Assembly (NCBI GenBank): GCA_946965045.2
Contig: OX337228.1
Location: 434,001 to 498,000 of the forward strand
Direction of reading: 5' to 3'
From: Epithemia pelagica
Taxonomy: Eukaryota > Protista > Bacillariophyta
Length of the DNA stretch: 64,000 nt
Position 1 is the stretch's first letter, and the number at the start of each line of letters is the position of its first letter. Positions 23,681 to 34,400 of the stretch are shown one piece after another. The notes under the pieces were generated by a model. That model was not told where the DNA came from and did no database searches. It saw nothing but the letters and a program-made list of their open reading frames with translations. Position numbers and translations under genes: made by a program.

Positions 23681-25849
23681 TCAAGTCTCTTCTTGTTCTT
23701 GTTCCAAGAGACTGGCCAAGAGACAGGTCATGCGATGTCGAATCCGTTGCTTCAAAATGGAATGGGGTCCCGTCAAGTCAAAGTACTGGGACCAGGCCTT
23801 GGGTGATGCCAAAATGGGTTCATGCCGTGCCACGTGACGATAGGCCGTCGTATTGCGTTGCAAGGCGACAATCCGATCCAAGGCCGGTTGGGGATTGCTT
23901 ATATTGTAAAAAATCAAGGCTTGTGGATTAAACATGTCCAACACGTGTGGGGTGCCATAATAAATGGGAATACACCCACCCCAAAAGGCCAAGAGTAGCT
24001 TTTCGGTAATGTAGCCGTCTTGTGCCGTATTTTCCAACACGAGACAAAAGCGATAATTGCGATAGGATTGATAATTGGTCATCCATCGACCCGCGTCTTT
24101 TTTGGGTGGATACTGGGCCGGTTGGACCCAGGTTTGAGCCAAGGTGTCGTACTCGTGTTTCGAATGTCGCGGTGGAGAAACAGGTGCGGCGATACGGTCT
24201 TGTGGTGGTTGTTGTTGTTGGTGCTGTTGTTGGTGTCGTTCTTGTTTTTGCAACCACGATGCATAGTGGTGTTCCGTACCTCGACACAGTCCTCCATAGT
24301 CGACGGGTTGTTGGACGGCCTCGGCAATATCCAGCAGGGCTTGTTCCCGGTAGGGGACACAATTGCCATGGGTATAAATCAAAAAGGCTTGTCCCGTGGT
24401 TCGTGGTTTCAGGGCCGGATTCCACAACCATTCTTGCATCCGTGCCGGAGCTTCCACGACGGTTTGTGCGGCAAAGGTGATTTGCACACTCCAGGGAGAA
24501 TCGGCCAGGTATCCGACATGCAAACTGCGACGAAACTCAAAAGATGAAGCAGCAGCAGGTACGGGAGGACTGGACTGAGATGATGATTCTGGTAGAGAGC
24601 GAGTGTTGTTGTCGTCGTTGTTGAGTGACCGTCCGTGTGGTTCTTGCGGTAGTAATTCTCCTTGGTGTTGTTGTTGTCGTCGTTGCTGTTGTTGCAGCAG
24701 ATGGTCCTGCCACTGGTGGACATGTTGTTCGAGGCCACGGACGCCATAGGATTCGCCATTCCAGTGCACAATCGTGCCGGGAAAGAGCTGGTCGAACCGA
24801 GCCGTTCCAAAGGCGCGACCACCACGACCACTGTGAAAACAATACCCATTGCTCCCCAGAACCAAGACATCGTGTACCGTCGCATGAGGTACGGCCAAGC
24901 CTCGCAACCACGTGTACACGTCCGCTTCGGTTTCGTTACTGCTGCGGCTGGTATTTGTTGTCGTGTGGTGAGTGGTGGTGCCCGTCTCGGTGGGTTGCCT
25001 GGCCGCGGCCAAGCGGGTCCAAAAGGAGGGGGGAATGCGAAACTCGACTCACGAGGTATCAATGGGAATGGTGGCAAATTCCTCGGGAAACACAAGTCGC
25101 AACAATTGTATCTTGTCATAACCACAGGTATAGAGTCGAGTCATGTGCGGGGAGGGCCACGTCAAACTACTGCTCGAACGAGTGTTGTTGTCGTTGTCGT
25201 TGTGGCTGGTGCTCGTGTTGGTCGTCCTTGTTGTGTGCGTGGGGGTCCACAGACACGTCGTATCGTCAGAATCGTCAGGAAGGTGAACCGAACGACTGGG
25301 AGGAGGAACAGCAGCGGCAGAAGGAGCCGTCTGCGGCGATTCCAATGTCCTTTTCCCTGACGACGACAAGGAGGAAACAGAGGTGATCACTTTTTCCTCC
25401 AAAGCGTGGTCGTTCGTGTCGTTCTTATTGTCACTCTGAAGAATGGTGGTGGTAAAGCCATGGTCTTGTCCCACCAAAGCAGGGGATTCTCCTCTTGGTG
25501 CTGGTGCTGGTCGTGTGGTTGGTGGAATGCTGCTTCTTGGTGTGGTGGTTACTGTTGCTGTTGTTGGTGGTGGTTGTCGTGGTAACGAAAACAAACTGTC
25601 CTCAAGTGCTTGTTCGTCTTGTTCTCGTTCGTCCAAGACGTGCCAGAATTGAACCAATCGGTGCAGCAACAGGCATACAAAGACTCCGACCAACACGACC
25701 AGCCGCAACGACCGACTAGAAGGAGGACGAGGAAGAGGACGAGACTGTGGTTGCAGTTGCGGTTGCCGCAACCGATTCGAAACGGTCCCTTGTTGTCGTC
25801 GACTGGCAGCGCCACCACCAGCACCAGCACTCCGTTCTCGCCATGGCAT
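23681..25849 (-). CDS. Glycosyltransferase family 10 (alpha-1,3-fucosyltransferase-like), type II membrane protein
   Basis: GT10 motif YRFCLVLENTAQDGYITEKLLLAFWGGCIPIYYG and an N-terminal TM helix (LVVLVGVFVCLLL). ORFs 25049-25981 and 23681-25012 are in frame across one TGA, which a candidate 54-nt GT-AG intron (25052-24999) would remove. Confidence 0.8.
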
Positions 25850-26092
25850 GCTGATGGTAACCCCTCTCTCTTTTTCTCTCTCTTTCAGACTTTCTGGGAG
25901 CACAGCCTCCTTCTTGAAACGTGTTGATGGAGTGGCAACACACTCGGTTGGTTCCAACGCAAAAAGAGAGAGAGAGAACAATCGATCTAATCTAGATATG
26001 CGTATTGGAAGAGGAGATGATGTGATGGAGAAAATGGGGTCTGTGGTTTTGTTGGGGAAACGAGAATGACCCGAGTCAACGGGACCAGACTA

Positions 26093-28260
26093 ACTCCATA
26101 CCAGACTTTGTAGGTAGTTCGTCTCACATTTTTATACTACAGTAGGAATTTTTTGTACGACCGGGAAGTAGTTTCGTGCGAGTCGCGCGGTTTCCCTCCC
26201 GTGTGTGACACTTGTGCGACACTTTGTGACATGGCTTCCAGGAATTTCTCACTAACTCCATACCAGACTGTGTAGGTAGTTCGTCTCACAATTTTATACT
26301 ACAGTAGGAATTTTTTGTACGACCGGGAAGTAGTTTCGTGCGAGTCGCCGGGTTTCCCTCTCGTGTGTGACACTTGTGTGACACTTGTGTGACACTTTGT
26401 GACATGGCTTCCAGGAATTTCTCACTACCTACGAGCTCCACCAATCGATATGGGTAACCGTAGTGGCCCGTGCTTCACGTTTCCGATTCTCGGTGAAACT
26501 TCCGGCCCTACGAGATTCACTACACCATACATTTTCCTAGAGTACGAGTACTCGTAAGATGAATTAGTCCGTGAACTGATGACATCGTTCCTCGGCACAA
26601 CGATGCACTCTCTTTTGCCCTCAACATTCACCTTTGCCCTCAACATTCACCATGGTGAGGAGGCGCTTGCCCATTCGGTATCAAACAGTACAAATCGCCT
26701 CATCTACTCTATTAGTTACATAGATCTATAGGAAATCTAACTTGTATGTGCTTCGTAGTGCATCGTTCACGATCCTCATCCATCCGATGCGTTCATCCAT
26801 CCGACGCTCGTCAACCCATTTTGCCTTTGTTGTTTGTTGATTGTTGTTCCATCCAATCATGTCAAACAAGGTACGAAAAGGGTCCTTCGTCTCCGTTGCA
26901 CGCAGCGACCAGGGATCAATGGGTGGTTTTGGCTTCGTCCGAAAACTCAAACGAAAAAGAAAGGACGACAGTGACGACGAAGCTGTTACTGTTGTTGACT
27001 CGCAGTCAACAGCACCCGACCAAACCACATTGGTTGACGTCGAGTATACTATTGACAATCGATGCTCCCAGGATGTTTCATCCGATCGTGTCTCTCACGA
27101 GTGTTGTTGCCGAGTGTTGTTGTTGTTCGTTCGGTGGCAGCGAGGAGTGAGTAGTTGATTATTGTGTTTGGGTTTTGGGTTGTTGTTGGTGTTGCCGAGT
27201 GTTGTCGACTCGCAAGGCTCTTCGACCACCGCCCATCAGCTTCACGGCATCCCCTCCTTCTTCCAGTCAAATTGTGCTGTGGGAATCAGCCGCACCACCG
27301 GCACCACCATCGTCTGTCGCAGTAGAAGCAGTCCTTCCACCCACGGTTCACGTTTGTTTTGTCTGGACAAATCAGCTTTTGTTGCGTTTGAGCCACCAAC
27401 GGTCGAGGCTTTCCAATGTTGTGCTCGGTCTATTAAGTGACGAGGAGTTGATTGCTGCATGCGGACGTATGATCGGTGACTTGCTGGATGCATTCTATCG
27501 GTTGTCGTCGTCGTCTTCTCAAGGTCACTTCCTCTATTTCAGATGCCAAATAAGGAAGACTTCAAAACCTTGCCGTAGGTCCATAAAAAAAGCCAACTCA
27601 TCCCTGCCCGCCCATTCCCTCACGGTACACTTGATTCTTAGGCATCCTTGATGGTCGCAAGAGAGCTAGCGCCTTTCGTTGGAGGTGCACACCGGCTTGA
27701 GTGTGCCATGGTGGTGTTATGCAGTGCAAAATGACCGTAGTGGTGTCCCTACGAAGTTAGAATCACTGTAGAAAAAACAGTAGGGGTATGAAAAGCACGG
27801 GCCACTACGGTTACCCATATCGATTGGTGGAGCTCGTACACAGCTTGATAGGGAGTAAGTTTACTACTTCCCTGTGTCTGGCCGTCCTCTCGCGTCGGGC
27901 GCGCCCGGCTTGTCGGGAGAATGACTCGACGGGCAATTGTCTTGTCGGGCGTGCGCCCTCCTCGACCATTGCCCTCCTCGTCATTCTACCCTCCGCGCCG
28001 GGCGGTCCCTCCTTGAAAGGACTCGACACCGGGAAGTATTAATACTACCTACACAGCTTGATAGGGAGTAAGTTTACTACTTCCCTGTGTCTGGCCGTCC
28101 TCTCGCGTCGGGCGCGCCCGGCTTGTCGGGAGAATGACTCGACGGGCAATTGTCTTGTCGGGCGTGCGCCCTCCTCGACCATTGCCCTCCTCGTCATTCT
28201 ACCCTCCGCGCCGGGCGGTCCCTCCTTGAAAGGACTCGACACCGGGAAGTATTAATACTA
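26093..28260. mobile_element. Composite A-A'-B-B insertion upstream of the GT10 gene
   Basis: The paralogous empty site GACCAAGACTACCCACGCTCG is at 38721-38741. Units A (26093-26254), A' (26255-26427), B (26428-28047, with nested element) and B (28048-28260) each end in CTA. Confidence 0.7.
26432..27836. mobile_element. Non-autonomous Tc1/mariner-like element (TA TSD)
   Basis: ~45-bp TIR CGAGCTCCACCAATCGATATGGGTAACCGTAGTGGCCCGTGCTT. TA on both sides. Empty site CTACCTACACAGC at about 28045 in the neighbouring repeat unit. Confidence 0.88.
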
Positions 28261-30318
28261 CCCACGCTCGACCGTTTGGTCCTGGTGTGGCGCGAGCGCG
28301 TCAACCGTTCCAGTTCCGCAGCAGATTGTTTGTCACCACAAAACTACCTACTTTCTTTCCCAACCCCTCTAACACAAACCAGCGCGAAAGCATCGATCAG
28401 ACTTTGAAGCGAACTTGTCGATAGAGGCACCACGAGAACCACTGTTTCGTCTTGATTGCAGCTAGGAATACAAAATGGATGTGAGACAACAAGCTCGCTT
28501 GTCTGGCCACGTATGGGGCAGCGATCCAGAACAACAAGCACTGTGGACCAGAAATGACCAAGACTGGCCTCCCATTGAGCGGTATGGGCATGCCTCTGTT
28601 GTTGTGCATCCTCCACACAACAACAAGGAACAAATCGTTGTGGTCATAGGAGGCAAAACGCAGCAAGAAAAGATTGCCAACAATTCAGTGCTCCTCCTTT
28701 GGAATGCTGCTGAACAATCTACTAGCTGCAGAAAGTGGATTGAGGGGCCAGCTATGAATGAAACGAGAAAATCCCTCGCTACGGTAGTCTGCAATGGCAA
28801 CTTGTACGCTATTGGTGGACGAAATGACCGCCGTTTCCTTCTGAACACCATTGAACGGATTGATATCATTGGTCTTCTCTCACCCAAGAAATGTTACAAG
28901 GAGAACCCATGGGCGACACTGACATGTCGATTGTTGGAAGCGAGAGTCTGCTATTGCACTGCCTCGATTCACAACGGGTATATTGTTGTGGCTCGTGGAT
29001 GGGGTGTGGATATGGAAGCTTTGGCATCCGTCGAAATAATTGACTCTATGCAAGAAAGTTCACCATATATCTTTCCAGGCCCACCCCTGAACGTGCCTCG
29101 TCATGATTTTGGAATGACTGTGATTGGTCCGTGTATTTATGTTGTTGGTGGTCTATCTCATGAGTTACAAGCAGAAGGCTTGAAATCAGTCGAGTACTTG
29201 AAATGGAGCAATTCGCGTGAAGGGACAAGGAACAACGCAACATCTGCATTGTCAGCGTCTTTGTCATGGAAGATACATGAGGACTTGGCTTTGAGTGAGC
29301 CTCGCTGGTCGCATGCTGTGGATCGAGTTGGATCATGCTTGGTTGTATCAGGAGGTTGGCCCCGTTTACGATCTGTTGAAATAATGGACACAAAACGCAA
29401 CAAAGTGTGGAAAATGGTTCCAGAAATGACTGTCCCACGTATCTGGCACGCCATGGTTGCTCTTTCGACTGGTATTGTTTGTATATCTGGTTTGGGAGGT
29501 GTTAGAATTCTCACCGTCTATGGTGGTAAGATTCTACATCTCATCGATTCCCCATGTCACATAGCCTCGTGCTATCGCATCATGCCATCTAGCTTCGAGC
29601 TATGTTCCCTAGCTTCGCGCTATATCGACCTATATTTCTTCGCAAATCATGAAAAGTGAGAATAGATTGACGAACTCACTCTCAAGACTAAACTGGGTCG
29701 TGCGGTATTACAACGGACGTAAATTTGGCCGTTGCTCGGACATTATACTAACGCCCTAAGCGTACGCGCCCGAAATCATCGAGCGCGCCCAAGCGACATC
29801 CGAGCACTGTCGACATCTATCCGACCCAACGGTCTAAGTATCCCAAGCACGACACACGATCACGCGAGACCATATTTCCATTCCCACAATCTCCAAATTG
29901 TCAACAAGCTGCGCGCCATGAAAACAACTATGCCAACCCAAAGCAAGAGCTGTTGACCCTGTATATGTTATCCGTCCACATATACATGTCATATACATCA
30001 CATGAATCGACTCCAACTATTCCAAACCTGTTGCCGCCAAGAACCTATGACACATGACCCTTGGCAGGACCGAACATTTCACGTAGACCTATCGTAGTAA
30101 TCAACACACAATCTAACAATATCACCATTTATCACATCTTCTTTTGTGTCCCGACTATCCTTCTGATAGACTTCGACTTGCTTGCTTCTCTGACCCTGAG
30201 AAGCTTGTATCGGTTGGTGACCTACCTGATTGTCTGCTCTACCGAGCATCAATGCCTCTGCAATTCCAAGAGAATTGTAACAGATTAACAGTCTCAAAGC
30301 TTATTTCCTTGTGGTTTC

Positions 30319-31086
30319 ATGGATACTAACGAGCTTATCACTCCTGTACGACAGATCTATCGAGCCAACCTGCATCCCGGGCAGCCCGATACCCTGGTGC
30401 AGCAGGAACTGGTGCCGACGCCGAAGGCAGCCAACACATCGGTCAACATCTCCGTCGACAGTTCCAACAGCAACCCATTCGAGACTCCAACCCAGCCTCA
30501 CGCTCCGATCCCTGCGCCATTGCTTCGGCCCCCGAGTCCGCTTCGTCGGCTCGTCCCTTCTCGATCCCGTCGTACCACCCGGTTGATTGCTGATCATATC
30601 AAGTACTTCCGTCAACCAACTTGTTCGACCTTCGATCCCGAGATCATCCGTGGGGAGACCCAGATCGAACGCCAGTTCCAATCGGTGACCCACATCGTCG
30701 ACCAAGAAGACATTGACCATCTGAACGACCAACTTCATCGTTCTCCGAGGCGTCGCCTCATCTTGGCCGCCCTCTCGGGCAACCCCATCCGTACTGTCCA
30801 CCTCCGCTTCCTAACCTTCGAGCGCCCAACTGGATACTACAATACCATCCACGTCGTGAACGCGACGACTTGCCCTCTGCCTCCTAACGTTGTACGCCTA
30901 GATAACTACGTTGCCTACATCCACGAGGTCCATACCATCGAGGACCATCGTGCAACTATCTTCCCTTTGCGTACCGAGGTCGAGAACCACCTGGCTGAAG
31001 GTGATACCCCTTCTTCTGTTGCTTGTGCTGCCCCATCTGAGCCTGGAAACGACTCTGATTATTCGGAAGAGAGTGGGGATTCGTAG
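30319..31086 (+). CDS. Extra sense ORF (255 aa, unknown function) between the 5' LTR and gag-pol of copia A
   Basis: Intact ATG-to-stop ORF inside the element, with no motif I recognise. Confidence 0.6.
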   Translation: MDTNELITPVRQIYRANLHPGQPDTLVQQELVPTPKAANTSVNISVDSSNSNPFETPTQPHAPIPAPLLRPPSPLRRLVPSRSRRTTRLIADHIKYFRQPTCSTFDPEIIRGETQIERQFQSVTHIVDQEDIDHLNDQLHRSPRRRLILAALSGNPIRTVHLRFLTFERPTGYYNTIHVVNATTCPLPPNVVRLDNYVAYIHEVHTIEDHRATIFPLRTEVENHLAEGDTPSSVACAAPSEPGNDSDYSEESGDS

Positions 31087-31418
31087 ACCGAAGCTTAATT
31101 ACTCATAGTTAACTCCCGTCCTCTCAAAACCTTTCCAAGACTTAAACTCAACGCACATCCGGGTACCCTTGGTCGCACAACACGCCACACATTCCCGTCA
31201 AATCGCGAAAATTCGGCGAAAATTTGTTGAAACTCGGCGAAAATTTGTCGGAATCAACGGAAATTTCCAGGAGTCGCACATCACAACACACATCCGGGTA
31301 TCACATACGTGGTACATACGTGGCACACGTGGTACATCCGGGTTCACATCACACCACACATTAAATAAACCACATCACACCGCACATTAAATAAACATCG
31401 AACCAACCAAATAACACC

Positions 31419-34400
31419 ATGGATCCTCAATCACCCAAGACACCTACGACTCCTAAGGGAGAAGATAACCAAGACAATGTCTCGAACACAGACCTATTCG
31501 ACCACATCATATTTACTGTCTGCCAATTCTTTACCAAAGAAAGGGCCGACTACTTAATGAAGTGGATGAAATACCATGGTTTTGAGAACATTACCCATGT
31601 TATCTCGTATATGCAAACTAATACCGAGGAATCCATGAAGGAACTGACACAATACAAGATCAACAAACAGACACATGATCTACAAGGCCCCACAAGACAG
31701 CAGATCAAGCTCTTGGCTTATTGGGCCATATACAAGACCAATGAAATTCAAGACGAGCTATCCAATAGCGACTGGATGAACCTAACGAGGAAAGAGTTCA
31801 ACACTTGGAGGATCAACACAGATTTCTCTAAGGGACCACCTAGCCAAGTTCCAGTCTCGCCAATGAAGTCACCGTCATCTGTGAAATCTGTCAGCACAGT
31901 TACTGCCGCATCCCAATCTCAACAAGACCTTACAGCATTCAGAAAGGGAACTAAGCGCGACGCAACTGCATATGAGGTATTCAAGGATGAACGATACTAC
32001 GATTCATTCTGGCGTGTATTCAAGACTACAGCTAAGGCTCAAGGCCTATCCAACGTTCTGAATTTCAAATACACACCACCCCATGATGATGAGTATGCCG
32101 AAGAACTTTTTCAAGAGCAACAAGTATTTCTTTACTCCGTTCTTGTCCGTATCATTCAGACTGACCAAGGTCGAGCCTATGTACGTGAACATGAACATGA
32201 TGAAGATGCGCGTGCCATATTGCAGAAGTTACACTCTTTGCATACCGAATCCGACCTAGCAAAGCGAGAAGTCCTCCGTTTAACCAACTACATTTCCAAT
32301 CTACGTCTTGACGACACATGGCGCGGAACAACACGTCAATTTCTTCTACACTTTCAAGAGCAGCTACGTTTGCTAGACAATCTAGTGACATTGTCTGATT
32401 GCATCCCTGATCATACCAGGATGACCTTCCTCATGCAAGCTGTAGAAAAGGTACCTGATCTCCGCCGAGTCAAGATCTTGGATAATGTGGTGAACACCAA
32501 ATCCGGTGCAAAATCTCTTTGCTATCAATCATACTTCCGTCTCCTTCTAGACGCAGCTTATGACCATGATCAAGCAACCCAGTCATCTGTTCATAGTCGC
32601 CGTCGACATGTCAAACAACATGAATCACTATATGGCCAAGATACAGATGCTGACATAACCTCACAAGATGATATGGAGTATCATGTCCACAACACCAAAG
32701 CGACATCTGAATCTCCATCCTCTTCGTCCAAGGTTAGTCTACCGCGTGACCTATGGTTCAAACTTTCTGAAGAAGATCGCAAGTTGATCATTGAGTATAA
32801 CAAGATGATTCAAGCACCTTCATCAACAACACCGAGGAAAGTGCAAACACATGCCCTCGACATTGATCCGGAACCTGATCCTGACCCCAACCAAGTTGCA
32901 TCTGATGACGACTCACCTGGCGTAGTCCCTGAGCATCCAGATGATTCAGATCCGGTTACACAATTTATCAACCAAGCCATGACGACTGATATCAATCACC
33001 CGGCAACTGACCTGACTAGTGTTCTTTCTAACGCCAAGTCCAAGACGAGCAAGAAGGTTACTTTCAAAGCCAACATGCATAAACAAGCAGGACATGTTCC
33101 ACGCTATTTGTTTTCCAGGAAATCTACTTTACCAGGAAATCAATTGATTGACCGTGGTGCTAATGGAGGACTTGCCGGTTCAGACATGCGCATCCTTTCT
33201 AAGACTGGCCGCCATATCACTATTGTGGGTATTGATAACCATGAACTTACTGGACTTCCTGTCGTCACATGTGCCGCAAAGTTTGAGACCAATGATGGAC
33301 CTATTGTCGGCATCTTCAATGAATATGCTTATTATGGAAAGGGCTTATCTATCCATGCTCCTGGTCAATTCGAGCATTTCGGACTTGCTGTTGATGAGCG
33401 ATCTGTTAAAGTTGATGGTAAACAACGCATCACTACACTTGATGGTCGTGCTATACCCCTTCACATCAAGGATGGGTTAGCCTACATCCACTCCTTGGGT
33501 ATCCCCAGCGACGATGACATGGATACCTTACCTCAGATCATCTTCACGTCACCCGACACATGGGATCCTGGTGTTCTGGACCATTCGTATTCTCCCACAC
33601 CCTCTGACAATGATCCTGATTGGAAACACGTCAAGACTGATGGTAGTATGTCAAACCATCCATATGACAACTATGGGGAGTACACTGATCGTGTTGTTTG
33701 TAACCTCAATCTCCTTTTGGATCTCCTATACGATCATGGACCTGACGACGCACCCTTCTTTTCTATCTATGCTGACGCAGAAGGTAATGATCCTACACTT
33801 CATGCCTCTGTCCACCGTCGTTACCAGGAAGCGTATGACTGGAAGAAGTTCCGTCCATTCTTTGGTTGGCAATCTGAAGATGTTATTGCCGATACGTTCA
33901 AGCACACTACACGTAATGGTAGCATTACTTTTGACCACGACACCCTCAAGAAACATTTCAAGGCTCGCAATCCGGTCCTTAATATACCTCGACGCCATGA
34001 ACCCGTTGCTACTGACTCGGTTTTCTCCGACACCCCTGCTGTTGACCATGGCGGTAAAGTCGCACAAATCTTTGTTGGTCGAGATACTCTGGTTACTGAT
34101 ATCTATGGGATCAAGTCAACCAAACAGTTTGTCAATACTCTTCAGGACAACATCCGGTTTCGTGGTGCCATGGAGACTCTTATCAGTGATGGTGGTTCAT
34201 CTCTCATCTCTCAAAAGGTCAAAGACATTCTTCGCACTTTGCTTATTGGGGAGTATCGATCCGAACCTTATCATCAACACCAGAATAAGGCTGAAAACCG
34301 TTACCAGACCGTCAAACGTATGACCAACGCTCTCATGAATGCCACTGGTTGCCCTGCCAACACCTGGCTTCTTTGCCTTGAGTATGTCTGTGACTTATTG

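Noticed and set aside
26093-28260. A/B repeats as DIRS/Ngaro split direct repeats
   Set aside because: The order is AABB rather than A-ORFs-B-A-B, and no RT or tyrosine recombinase is present.
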